A stretch of DNA of 54,401 bases from Bdellovibrionales bacterium (GCA_043764415.1 JAYUKO010000155.1:1-54401), one strand, 5' to 3'; positions 27,638 through 37,257 are shown, counted from the first letter of the stretch. Notes: a model not told the origin generated them from the sequence alone. A program made the numbers and translations.

Positions 27638-28663
27638 ATGAAAAACCACGGTTTTTTAAAATCAGTCTTCGAAAATCACGATCTCCAGCACTGGAATTGG
27701 ACTCCTTTGCAGACGCCGCTTTCCATGGACATTTATAAAACCTGGATCGAAAAGTCCTACCACGGCGACATGGCTTATCTTAAAAATCACATTCCGCAAA
27801 AAGAACAACCGCAAAATCTTTTGCCGCAAGCTCAAAGCGCCTTTGTGTTCACCGTTGAATACGGACTGAAGCCCAATACGCTACCAACAAAAAATCTCCG
27901 GGTCGCGGCTTACGCGAAAGACGAAGACTATCATGTCTGGTTTAAACAAAAAACCCTGCAACTTTGCAAAGATCTCAAAGCTCTGTTTCCGCAAAACGAA
28001 TTTGTGGGTTTTACAGATTCCTCGCCAGTGATGGAAAGAGACTTGGCATACCGGGCCGGTCTGGGGTGGTTTGGAAAGAACACGTGCTTGATTGATCGAA
28101 AACGCGGAAGTCTTTTTTTTATTGGCGAGATTTACTCCACCTTAGCTTATCCGCAGACAAAGGCTCCTTCACCAAGCCTAGATCACTGTGGCACTTGCGA
28201 CCGCTGCATCGTAGCTTGCCCCACCAATGCCATCGAGCCCGAGCGAACTCTCAACGCCACTAAATGCATTTCGTACTGGACCATTGAGTCTAAAAAAGTG
28301 CCGCCGCCAGAGCTTCGCGAAAAATTTTCCGATTGGTTTTTTGGCTGTGATATTTGCCAAACAGTCTGTCCGTGGAACATCAAAGTTCGCGATCTCGCGG
28401 AGCCTGCGCCGCAAGACCCCACCGACGATTTACGGATGATTCTCGAAAGCTCTAACAAGACTTTAATGCGCCTGTTTGCAAACACGCCATTAAGTCGCGC
28501 TGGCGGCCGCGGACTTAAACGCAATGCTCTGATTGTCATTGCCAATAAAAAACTGACGGCCCTTGCCCCCTCTGTGAAAGCTTATCTTTCCAATCCGGAG
28601 CTTAGCGAACTCGCCCAATGGACCATGGACAAACTTGCGGAATCGTGTAAAATCGCCCTATAA
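27638..28663 (+). CDS. queG: epoxyqueuosine reductase
   Basis: Two 4Fe-4S motifs, CGTCDRCIVACPTNAI and CDICQTVCPWN, with a GLGWFGKNT region upstream. I start at ATG 27638 (MKNHGF..), because the track start at 27587 would overlap the cca start. Confidence 0.85.
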   Translation: MKNHGFLKSVFENHDLQHWNWTPLQTPLSMDIYKTWIEKSYHGDMAYLKNHIPQKEQPQNLLPQAQSAFVFTVEYGLKPNTLPTKNLRVAAYAKDEDYHVWFKQKTLQLCKDLKALFPQNEFVGFTDSSPVMERDLAYRAGLGWFGKNTCLIDRKRGSLFFIGEIYSTLAYPQTKAPSPSLDHCGTCDRCIVACPTNAIEPERTLNATKCISYWTIESKKVPPPELREKFSDWFFGCDICQTVCPWNIKVRDLAEPAPQDPTDDLRMILESSNKTLMRLFANTPLSRAGGRGLKRNALIVIANKKLTALAPSVKAYLSNPELSELAQWTMDKLAESCKIAL

Positions 28664-28692
28664 AAACCAGGAGCTAAAAACCAGGAGCCTCG

Positions 28693-29217
28693 ATGTCCAA
28701 AGCATGGAAATTACTTGCAACAAAAACCGGCGAAAAAGTTAAAGTGGATGCCGAAGATTACGAAGAATTACTCAACCGCAGCTGGCGAGTGATTTATCGT
28801 GGCAAAGAAAAAAAGCCGCTGGTTGTAACAAGTATTCGCACGGGTGATTCCTCACGGACCATGTCGTTGGGCCAATACTTGATGAAGCCTAAAAAAGGAA
28901 AAATGGCCTACCCCCGTCGCTGGCAAGCCGGGCTGGACTATCGAAAAGAAAATATCGTCGTTTGCAGCATGAAGGAACGCCAGCGCATGCTTCCGAAGCG
29001 CGCCGAAAAAACGTCTTCAAAATTTCGCGGAGTTTCGTACATTCGAGCTAAAAAAATCTGGCGAGCTCGCATCGAGAAAAACAGCAAGGCCTTCTTTTTG
29101 GGAGATTACGCCACCGAAGAGGCCGCCGCCAGAGCTTACAACAAAGCCGCTCGCGATCTATTTGGCGACTTGGCCTATCAAAATATCGTCGATCGCATTA
29201 AAGACCGACGCAATTAA
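28693..29217 (+). CDS. AP2/ERF-type DNA-binding domain protein on a degenerate HNH-like scaffold
   Basis: 174 aa. RBS aggag. AP2 domain: SKFRGVSYIRAKKIWRARIEKNSKAFFLGDYATEEAAARAYNKAARDLFG. The N-terminal 110 aa resemble the HNH_3 layout (VDAEDYEEL..W, LDYRKENIVVCS) but contain no histidine. Confidence 0.75.
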   Translation: MSKAWKLLATKTGEKVKVDAEDYEELLNRSWRVIYRGKEKKPLVVTSIRTGDSSRTMSLGQYLMKPKKGKMAYPRRWQAGLDYRKENIVVCSMKERQRMLPKRAEKTSSKFRGVSYIRAKKIWRARIEKNSKAFFLGDYATEEAAARAYNKAARDLFGDLAYQNIVDRIKDRRN

Positions 29218-29221
29218 CTGA

Positions 29222-29247
29222 ATGCCGACACGAAGTCGGCATCTTTT
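29222..29247 (+). terminator. rho-independent terminator
   Basis: ATGCCGAC-acgaa-GTCGGCAT followed by cTTTT. Begins 5 nt after the AP2 gene stop. Confidence 0.8.
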
Positions 29248-29271
29248 AACCTATTACCAAATAATTAAATA

Positions 29272-29736
29272 CTACTGAGGTTGTTGGTCGGAAGAAGTAC
29301 CTGTAGAAGCTTCGCCACCACAGTTAAAACCAGCACCTTCAAGATTTGTTTTCATCTTGCTAGATACTGAATCGCAATAGCTCATTGATTTTGCAACGGC
29401 CACAGTTTTGTCTGCACCCATTTTGTTATAAACAACGCCACAGCCACCTTCAGACACAGTTAAAACAGAAATTTTTCGTGTGTCTGATTTATTTGTGCAA
29501 GTAACCGCTGATTTTTCAGTGCCAGTGATTGTTGGAAACGCGCTTGTATCAGACGAAGTTGTCGTTTCTGTTGTTGTCGTGGTTTTTTTTGTAGGAGCGT
29601 CAGTGCTCGTAGACGTTGCAGGAGTTGCCGCAGTTGTCGTCTCCGTTTTTTCTGTCGTGGTTGATGTTGTGCTTTTTGGAGTTGATGAACAAGCCACCAA
29701 GCTCACCATCGCGATTGTGACCAATATAAATTTCAT
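29272..29736 (-). CDS. Thr-rich lipoprotein
   Basis: 154 aa. Lipobox LVAC|S. A T/S-rich linker of about 60 aa, then a C-terminal domain with four Cys. Confidence 0.6.
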   Translation of the reverse strand: MKFILVTIAMVSLVACSSTPKSTTSTTTEKTETTTAATPATSTSTDAPTKKTTTTTETTTSSDTSAFPTITGTEKSAVTCTNKSDTRKISVLTVSEGGCGVVYNKMGADKTVAVAKSMSYCDSVSSKMKTNLEGAGFNCGGEASTGTSSDQQPQ

Positions 29737-29881
29737 GAGTACCTCTTTGTTGAGTCGTTTGTATTATGACTAAAAGTCATTTTTTTTAGTCTAAATAGAG
29801 AGTTAGAATGAATCCATCAAAATAAATGACGCAGCGCCATTAAGGTCGAGGTCTAGTAAGCGAAGAATTGATCGTTTATCT

Positions 29882-31057
29882 CTACAAGCTTTGAAAATTT
29901 TTAAGAAAATTGAGCATTTTTGTTTCTGATTTTTTTGGCCAAGTTACATGATTTTGAAATGCATGATTCTGATTGCACTCATTGGGACCGTTTCCAACGG
30001 GCATACAACTGCTTGTTGGGTTTCCGTCATCATCGATCAAACTAAATTCAGCGTTGGAGTCTTTCAAAGTATTAATTAAAATATCTTTCCATAAAGAAAT
30101 CGGCGTGCCATGGTTTGCAACTGCATCTTTTCCAAAAAAATCCTGCTGCTCCTGGTTACAAGGTATATCGCAGCTGCGGCTAATAATTTGTATCGGAAAT
30201 TGCGTCGTGAAATCTAAATTTGTACTGCAATAATCCTCGTTAGCAGAATATCGCCATAAAAACGGCGAAGGTGCGGAGTAAATGGCTGTAGCCGCTATTT
30301 TTATTCCGTGAACGGATGGTGTCTGATGGCGAGAAATCCCATAGAGTTGAGAGAGCATTCCCCCCTCAGACCATCCCACAAGGTAAATGCGAGTTTTATC
30401 TACAGCATACTTGGCCACAATAGAAGCAATAATATCATCCAAATCTCTCATGTCTGGGTTCGTAGATGGAGCGCGAAAATCCCACCAAAAAGCATCATGA
30501 TGTGTCGACGGACTTAAACCAATCTCGTAGCCATTTAAATTGCGTGCTTGGAGTGAGAGTATGTGGAATCCGTTAACCGAGGGGCTCAAAGAAAAAGTTT
30601 CGGCCTTAGCGCGAAGTAGGGAGCTACCATACATATTGGAGGCATTACCTGATCCTCCATGAAGATAAATCACCAAGGGTCTAGGTTTGGAGTCCGAGGC
30701 AGATCCGTTGTAGAAACAGAAGTGTCTAGTCACCTGATCGGCATTGTTAAAAGTTCTGGCTGGATTGTCTTGAGCGCAATCCGGGACATCGGAAGGCAAA
30801 ATAATATTACCTGTATCGGTTACACACGGTTTGTCTGCAGTACAAGCACTTACTGGTTTCTCTAAGCATTGCTTTCGTGTCAAATTCTCAATGGTGTTAA
30901 CTGTGTCACCACTACCAGAGGAATCGTCAGAATCACCACTTGTAGAAGTCGTTGGATTTAAAATGGTAGAAGATTTCATGGGACTGCAATTCAGATATGC
31001 AGTCATAAGGACGAAACAAAGTCCTATTTGCAGAAAAGTTACGATTCGATAGTTCAT
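29882..31057 (-). CDS. lipoprotein alpha/beta-hydrolase (esterase)
   Basis: I start at the internal ATG preceded by GGGGGA, giving MNYRIVTFLQIGLCFVLMTAYLNC|S. Motifs: LVIYLHGGSGN, and nucleophile elbow LVGWSEGG. Confidence 0.65.
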   Translation of the reverse strand: MNYRIVTFLQIGLCFVLMTAYLNCSPMKSSTILNPTTSTSGDSDDSSGSGDTVNTIENLTRKQCLEKPVSACTADKPCVTDTGNIILPSDVPDCAQDNPARTFNNADQVTRHFCFYNGSASDSKPRPLVIYLHGGSGNASNMYGSSLLRAKAETFSLSPSVNGFHILSLQARNLNGYEIGLSPSTHHDAFWWDFRAPSTNPDMRDLDDIIASIVAKYAVDKTRIYLVGWSEGGMLSQLYGISRHQTPSVHGIKIAATAIYSAPSPFLWRYSANEDYCSTNLDFTTQFPIQIISRSCDIPCNQEQQDFFGKDAVANHGTPISLWKDILINTLKDSNAEFSLIDDDGNPTSSCMPVGNGPNECNQNHAFQNHVTWPKKSETKMLNFLKNFQSL

Positions 31058-31077
31058 AAATCCCCCATTACTAAACA

Positions 31078-32061
31078 TTATTTTTGTTCGAGCAGAAATT
31101 TCATCACAACTTTTGAACCTTCAAGATCCAATCGGCCGGGGCCGTATTTACCAAACCCGACCTCTCCCGGCCATGTATGCCCCTGCCCCTCAATGATGGT
31201 GTAGTGCGTATTTGAATTGAGCTTCACTCGCATGCTGTCCAAATCTGCGTCGTAGGTTTCTGTGACAGGATTGGTTTTACCGCCATTGCGACCAGCGATG
31301 ACTTCTAAATACTCTAGAAGCGGCGGAGTTTGAATTCCTGAATTTGGATAGTACCCATCGGCCTGACCATTTATATTCATTTGCGCATCATCGGCTCCAT
31401 GAATATGAAAAACAGGAATTGTGGCTCCCCAGACGCAAGAATTTGTATTGGTAACATCTTGCATTCGTAAGTAGGCAGCAAAGGGAACTGCCGCCAAAAT
31501 TTTATCTGATCGACTGCACAACAGACGATAAACCATCATGGCGCCGCTTGAGTAACCGGTCACTGCAACCTTCGATTTAATTTTAGTGAGACTCGCCAAA
31601 TCCTTTAACATGGCATCAAAAAATGCAAGATCATCACCTCCGGTGCAGCAAAAACCAACATTCCATGCTTGCTTACCGCCTGGCCCCTGTACTCCATCCG
31701 GATAAACAATGATAAGGTTTTCTGCTCCCGTTTGCTCGTGCAGGCGAGAAATACCTTCGAATTGCTCGGCGGAATTACTTCCTGGATGGAATCCCATCAC
31801 GACAAGTGTTTCAGTAGTTCTGCTGGCGTAATCACTGGGAAGGTGAACAATATAGTCTCTATTCACTTGGCCATCGAAAACTTTTCTCGATTGAACGACG
31901 TGTTGACCTAAGGGAGCTGCAGGAGGCAGGTTATTGGCGCCAGAACCACTTGGCGCATTGGTTTGCTCGGAGGTAGATTCAAAATTTTCACAATTCTGAA
32001 AGCCCACCATCAGCACTGAAACCAAACCAAGCTGAAGCAAACCACGTATTCTATTTTTCAT
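31078..32061 (-). CDS. lipoprotein esterase, PHB-depolymerase (LpqC/COG3509-like) family
   Basis: Start at the ATG preceded by GGGGGA, giving MKNRIRGLLQLGLVSVLMVGFQNC|E. Motifs: VVMGFHPGSNSAEQF, AWNVGFCC, DDLAFFDAM, nucleophile VTGYSSGAMM. Confidence 0.7.
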   Translation of the reverse strand: MKNRIRGLLQLGLVSVLMVGFQNCENFESTSEQTNAPSGSGANNLPPAAPLGQHVVQSRKVFDGQVNRDYIVHLPSDYASRTTETLVVMGFHPGSNSAEQFEGISRLHEQTGAENLIIVYPDGVQGPGGKQAWNVGFCCTGGDDLAFFDAMLKDLASLTKIKSKVAVTGYSSGAMMVYRLLCSRSDKILAAVPFAAYLRMQDVTNTNSCVWGATIPVFHIHGADDAQMNINGQADGYYPNSGIQTPPLLEYLEVIAGRNGGKTNPVTETYDADLDSMRVKLNSNTHYTIIEGQGHTWPGEVGFGKYGPGRLDLEGSKVVMKFLLEQK

Positions 32062-32084
32062 AAATCCCCCGTTTTGCATTTTGT

Positions 32085-32145
32085 AATAAGACGCTCGGGC
32101 CGCAAAAAAGTTGCGAACTATTTTATTATCTCATAATGAGACACC
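32085..32145 (-). promoter_or_regulatory. conserved upstream element, copy 1 (upstream of the esterase gene)
   Basis: Shares the core aaaaaagttgc.a....ttt.attatctca.aa.ga.acac with 33598-33659 (about 32 of 41 positions by eye). Confidence 0.4.
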
Positions 32146-32165
32146 AAAAAGGTTTTAAACTGACT

Positions 32166-33575
32166 CTACGGGACTATTTTAAAAATCGCCGTTCCCACGG
32201 CTCCGTTTTCGTCGCGTGCAATGATTGTATAATCACCTACGGGAATAAATTTGTTGGGCCAAATCTTGGTAGGAGAATCATTACTTGCAGCTTGATATAT
32301 GATTTCTGCATTTGGTCCGTAAATGGTAAACGTGCACGTGCCTATTGCGCCGGTGACCTCGAAAAGTTGGTTGCCTGGCCCTTGCGTAAAGTAAGCCACC
32401 GCTGGAGTCATTTTCAGCGTTGGCTTAAATGTACGCCAATTTTTTTTGCATTCATTGTAACCCAGTAAAAAACCATCAAGCAGGTTTTTGTTGTTCCCCA
32501 TCTCCTGTGAATTTGGGACCGTATCATTCCACGTGTACGGGAACAAAGCGACGGCGCCTTGATCGCAGTACGAGATCACTTGCGTTTGCAGGTCTGTTTT
32601 TAACGGAGTGACGTAGGTGACACCAATGCTCGGCATCTCCCAACCGAAGGCGGAAGGCATTCCTATCACAGGTTGTATATCCTGATCCCAGCCTTGCTCC
32701 TTCAGATAGCCATACAACCGAGGCAAAAGCTCCGACATCGTCCAATCATACATAGATCTGTCTCTTCCGCTCTCGATGGCATAGGCATAATTATAAAAGG
32801 CTACAAAATCACAGCCGAGCGGAGTGAAATTCTTGCTAGCAGCTTTGATGTAATTATCCCATCCCGCATAATTTTGTTTCATAGCTTCGCTAAGACTTGT
32901 GCCAACCGCGGGATCCAAAATCGAACCAAAACCGCAGATCGTGGGACGCGGAATCGCTGCCCCATTTGCGTTCATTTGCATGACAGCATTGCGCATTCGC
33001 ACGAGGATGTCTTTTAAATCTCCTCCTGGATTGTCATCCAAAATCCAATAGGCAATCAACTGCTGATCGGCCGCCGTATTCGCAAGGTGTTTTTGAAAGT
33101 CGCTTATGATTTTATCTTTGCGCTGTTCCGACAAATTACAAGAGCCCGGCACTTGATCGGCTTCGTGGCAAGCGGAGAACACTAACTGCGAGGGTGAAAG
33201 ATCGATATAGGCCATCTGGGTATCGGCGATGACCTTGCGATAGGGATCTAGGATGTCGGGATATGGCGAGTTGATACCCACCATATTTAGGCCAGCCGCC
33301 TTAACGTCGAATATCTCGTCAGCTGAGCCCATCACAGCATAGGGACCGGCTCGGCCACAGAGTTGCGGCCAGCGCTTACAACCCAAAGGAGCTTTGTCGT
33401 CGTTTTGAAGGCTGTTTTGTGTCGCGCTTCCATTTTCGCCGTTAGTATCTATCGTTCCCGGAAGGGAAGACTCGGACTTCTGCCCTTCGAGTGATTTAAA
33501 ATTGCAGTTTTGAAATCCTGCGAGGATCATCGCCACGAAAATAAGTAGTACTCCTACGTATCCTTTATTTTTCAT
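32166..33575 (-). CDS. hypothetical lipoprotein (possible glycosidase-like fold plus a C-terminal Ig-like domain)
   Basis: 469 aa. RBS GGGGGA. Lipobox AGFQNC|N. No catalytic motif I can name. Confidence 0.6.
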   Translation of the reverse strand: MKNKGYVGVLLIFVAMILAGFQNCNFKSLEGQKSESSLPGTIDTNGENGSATQNSLQNDDKAPLGCKRWPQLCGRAGPYAVMGSADEIFDVKAAGLNMVGINSPYPDILDPYRKVIADTQMAYIDLSPSQLVFSACHEADQVPGSCNLSEQRKDKIISDFQKHLANTAADQQLIAYWILDDNPGGDLKDILVRMRNAVMQMNANGAAIPRPTICGFGSILDPAVGTSLSEAMKQNYAGWDNYIKAASKNFTPLGCDFVAFYNYAYAIESGRDRSMYDWTMSELLPRLYGYLKEQGWDQDIQPVIGMPSAFGWEMPSIGVTYVTPLKTDLQTQVISYCDQGAVALFPYTWNDTVPNSQEMGNNKNLLDGFLLGYNECKKNWRTFKPTLKMTPAVAYFTQGPGNQLFEVTGAIGTCTFTIYGPNAEIIYQAASNDSPTKIWPNKFIPVGDYTIIARDENGAVGTAIFKIVP

Positions 33576-33597
33576 TGCTCCCCCATTTGCTCTTTGG

Positions 33598-33659
33598 AAT
33601 AAAGACGATTGAATTTGAAAAAAGTTGCAAAGATTTTAATTATCTCAAAACGAAACACT
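33598..33659 (-). promoter_or_regulatory. conserved upstream element, copy 2
   Basis: See 32085-32145. It sits at the same position relative to its gene start. Confidence 0.4.
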
Positions 33660-33860
33660 CAATTCGACCGAAAGGGCACTTCCCGTAAAACTATGCCCTG
33701 GTTTTTGTAGTTTATGATTTTTACACAAAAACCATAGAAGTTTTATACTTTGCGTTAAATTAAAACAAATTCACTTCTTAGTCAGGTATGTATCCCCTTA
33801 TTCACATTAAACACTGCCAGTTTTTTTTAAAATGAATGATTGGTGGAAAGGACTTTATAC

Positions 33861-36800
33861 ATGTCAAAAAGCCTCCTCATAGTTCTCTCTTTTGCAGGCC
33901 TCGCTCTGGCGAGCTGTTCCCAATCACAAACAGGTGAATCTCCTGCCGTCGAAACTTCGCACGCGTTTCGTCTCATGCCCACTCCCGCCGACCAAACGCT
34001 CTGGACCTCTCAGCTCAGCCGCTACGCAGGGCAAACTGAGTTTCTGACGATCAATCCCTGGAGCGATGGCGGAATGGAAGCGGCAGTACCTGTTTCAGCA
34101 GAAGCGAGTAACGAGCGCGAAGAACAAGAGGCCGATGTTTTTAAAATCGGCAAACCAGGCTCAAAAGAAGTCTATCTTCTTAATAACTACCGCGGACTGC
34201 AAATTGTCTCCTTCGCAAAAGGCGCCAACAATCCAGAAATTTTAGGACGCGTGAATCCTACTGGAAATTATCCGCAAAGAATGTATTCGGATCTCACCAA
34301 CGATCGCCTGATTGTGATCGAAAACACTTACAATAATAGTAAAATGACATCTCGCCTTGTGGTCTATGATGTTAGCAACTCCTCTGCTCCTCTCATTTCG
34401 AGCATCATTGATATCGCTGGCTACAGTGTTGACTCACGCATTGTGGGCTCTGTGCTTTACCTTGCAACCTACGAGAGTCAAACCAGCGGATCTATTTGGT
34501 TTAATGATGAAGCCAGCAACGGAAAAGTTCTCTCCTTTGATATTCAAGGCAAAGACATCACTGCCATCGCTGAATTTAAAATGAAATTGCCCATCGCAAG
34601 CCCAGAAATGATGAACATCCAAGTTACCGGCGCGGGCGCAGATACTAAATATTATTTGGTCGCTATTCAGACAGAAATGAATCGTGACTGGTGGAGTTGG
34701 TGGAGCGGCCCAGCGGCTGTAGAAGTCATCGATATCACGGATCCAAAAGGTGAAATCAAACCCTTGATGACAGCCAATGTAAAAGGTTTCATCAGCGAAC
34801 GCAGCAGCACACTGATTCGCAACGGCTACTTAATCGTTACTAGCAATTATATCATCAATGCAGAGGCAGAGGAGCAAGTGCTCCGCATCGCCGTAGAAGC
34901 TTTCCAACTTCCAAAAGCAAATTCAGAAGTCATCTCTCCGCAAGAAGCCCAATATCGTCAGCTTCACATCGATCGCCAAGTGAGTGCGGCAAAAGACTCC
35001 GACAAACAAAAACTCCACGAGCAACTTCTAGCAGACTCAGCACTTGGACTTAAAGGCCGTTTTGTTCAAGAAGACAACGGCTCTCTCAAGAAAATCGTTG
35101 CTGACTCTGACGTCACTGTTGGCGACACTAACGGAAAAAGTGCTTCTCTCCAAGACGTACGTTATGACGGAAATTATTTGTACGCCTTTTGGGTTCCTGC
35201 GGATCAAGTAGACCCTCTCGATGTTTTTGACATTGGAAATTTAGATCAAGGCGTAAAACATTTGGGACGCCTTGAGTTTGACGGTTGGATCGAAAAATCT
35301 TTCCCCATCACTTTTCAAAGTCGCAAATTCATCGTTGGTCTTGGTTGGGTTGTTCCCGCTGTGGACACAGAAGACACGCAAAGAAAAATGCAAGCCAAGT
35401 TGTTTGAAGTTAAAACAGAAAAAATTTCTGAACGCGATCCAATAACAGGCAATATAATCACTAAGGATAAAGTGGTTGCAACGGTTGTTCCTGGTGCCGA
35501 ACTTGTAATCACAATGGATGGCGGCAGCATGTACGCTGACCTCAACAGTCCTGATCGCTACATTCAATTGCTCATGAATCCCGCAGCACCTGGCAAAGGA
35601 CAAATTCTTTTCGAAGCCGCCTCTTACGAAGCTGGATCTTATCGCCAAGGTGGACAAATCATTCAGATCGACATGAACGAGGCTGTTTTAGGTCTTGGTT
35701 CCACTGCGATTTCTAAAGGTCCCTTCCTCGAAGCAAACGAAGGCTGGCTACGTCGCATGTTTGCAAACCCAGAGCTCGCAAACATGTACAACGCATTTTC
35801 AGACTCAAGCCTTTCGACTTTTGAAACAATTAGTTCTGGTCAGGGTCTCGCAAAAACAATCAGCGTTCTTGAACTCGCAAGAAATATTACGGCTTATTAT
35901 GTCCTCAAAGCCGCTCAGTCTGACGTTGGTGTGCAAGTGATTTCCAATTATAACTACAATGACACAAGCATCGTCGAGTTGCGGACCGTAAAAACCAACC
36001 AGGCAGATGCTGAAAGCAATAAAGTGTCTGGTGTTGTAAAAATTGAAGGTTCCCTGCAAAGCAGTATTGTTTATGAAAACAACAAAAGTGTTCTCCTTTT
36101 AACTTCACAGACGGTGAACACAAAGCAGGATGTTGAAAACTCCTCGACGACGATTAAATACTCCCTCACCAAAGTAAATCTTAATGCCAACCAAGAAATG
36201 CAAACTAGCACACAATCTTGGACTGAAACACAGAGCTACCAATGGGATCCTTCGGCGGCTGCCAAAACGCAATTTGATGGCAACGAAAGCCTCACGCTTT
36301 TGAGAGATGGAACTGTTTTAGTTAAAACAGAACAAGCACAGATTTTAAAAGCCAATCAAACACTGGGCTTGGTGGCGATTAACGATTCAACGTGCCCACA
36401 AGCTTCTAATGTGAAAGCTGTTACAGTTAAAGAAATCGACGGACAGCTTGTATACTTTACGCAGCAAACAGTTGATGTTGAAAATGTTAAAGGGGCCGCC
36501 ACAAAAAATACGATCTCTTTAGCCACACTCAAAGCTGGCACCTTGGTTTGCTCCGCTGAAATCAACATTCCTGGCACCCCAGTAATGATCACTGGGACGC
36601 AAGTTGTAACCGACGACTTGTTTGCTTCGGACGTAAAAATTATTGAAGAAGAGTATACCAACGAAGATGGCACAAAAATTTATGGCTTAAAAAGCAAAAA
36701 TGTAAATGCTTTATCTCTTGTTGAGTTACAAACAACGAATAAAGCGTCTCTTCTTGATTCAACAACTGATATCTCAACGAATTACGGTATGGAACAGACT

Positions 36801-37229
36801 TCACGCCTCAGCGGTGATCAGAACTTTTACGTGATCCGCAATACAGAGTCGGACTCTTGGATGAATTCTTTGCAAGAACCAGAACTCATCACCGTTACGA
36901 TAGAGAACAAACGTTTTGTGACAACTTCTGCCTACCTTGATGGAGCCAAAGGCTACACAACGATGGTTGGCTTGGTTCGCGGTTCGCAAAAAATCGCCGT
37001 GATTGAGTCTGAGGCTGGAGTGCAGGTTTTTGCTCTCAGCAAAGATCAGCGTCCCGAAGTTATCAACGTCCGTATGACAAAAGAGGATGGTTCCATCAGC
37101 GACGCCCAAAGCGCCCTTGAAATTGGCGGACTTAGCTATTCTCCAATGATTAATTATACTGAAGCGCAAAACAGTATCGAAGTGGCTGCCGGCCTTCGCG
37201 GTGTTGTTCAGCTGTATCTTAGCAAGTAA
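33861..37229 (+). CDS. large lipoprotein, beta-propeller (COG4880/Beta_propel-like) family
   Basis: I start at ATG 33861, giving MSKSLLIVLSFAGLALASC|S. The segment EQEADVFKIGKPGSKEVYLLNNYRGLQIVSF resembles the family motif (D.vK.DG..iY..n...L.I.d). Long beta-rich sequence. Confidence 0.6.
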   Translation: MSKSLLIVLSFAGLALASCSQSQTGESPAVETSHAFRLMPTPADQTLWTSQLSRYAGQTEFLTINPWSDGGMEAAVPVSAEASNEREEQEADVFKIGKPGSKEVYLLNNYRGLQIVSFAKGANNPEILGRVNPTGNYPQRMYSDLTNDRLIVIENTYNNSKMTSRLVVYDVSNSSAPLISSIIDIAGYSVDSRIVGSVLYLATYESQTSGSIWFNDEASNGKVLSFDIQGKDITAIAEFKMKLPIASPEMMNIQVTGAGADTKYYLVAIQTEMNRDWWSWWSGPAAVEVIDITDPKGEIKPLMTANVKGFISERSSTLIRNGYLIVTSNYIINAEAEEQVLRIAVEAFQLPKANSEVISPQEAQYRQLHIDRQVSAAKDSDKQKLHEQLLADSALGLKGRFVQEDNGSLKKIVADSDVTVGDTNGKSASLQDVRYDGNYLYAFWVPADQVDPLDVFDIGNLDQGVKHLGRLEFDGWIEKSFPITFQSRKFIVGLGWVVPAVDTEDTQRKMQAKLFEVKTEKISERDPITGNIITKDKVVATVVPGAELVITMDGGSMYADLNSPDRYIQLLMNPAAPGKGQILFEAASYEAGSYRQGGQIIQIDMNEAVLGLGSTAISKGPFLEANEGWLRRMFANPELANMYNAFSDSSLSTFETISSGQGLAKTISVLELARNITAYYVLKAAQSDVGVQVISNYNYNDTSIVELRTVKTNQADAESNKVSGVVKIEGSLQSSIVYENNKSVLLLTSQTVNTKQDVENSSTTIKYSLTKVNLNANQEMQTSTQSWTETQSYQWDPSAAAKTQFDGNESLTLLRDGTVLVKTEQAQILKANQTLGLVAINDSTCPQASNVKAVTVKEIDGQLVYFTQQTVDVENVKGAATKNTISLATLKAGTLVCSAEINIPGTPVMITGTQVVTDDLFASDVKIIEEEYTNEDGTKIYGLKSKNVNALSLVELQTTNKASLLDSTTDISTNYGMEQTSRLSGDQNFYVIRNTESDSWMNSLQEPELITVTIENKRFVTTSAYLDGAKGYTTMVGLVRGSQKIAVIESEAGVQVFALSKDQRPEVINVRMTKEDGSISDAQSALEIGGLSYSPMINYTEAQNSIEVAAGLRGVVQLYLSK

Positions 37230-37234
37230 TCACG

Positions 37235-37257
37235 AAAAGGGGCCCTCGCCCCTTTTT
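37235..37257. terminator. bidirectional rho-independent terminator
   Basis: AAAAGGGGC-cctc-GCCCCTTTT+T. The A-tract and T-tract are symmetric, so it can serve both the + gene ending at 37229 and the minus-strand tRNA. Confidence 0.8.
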
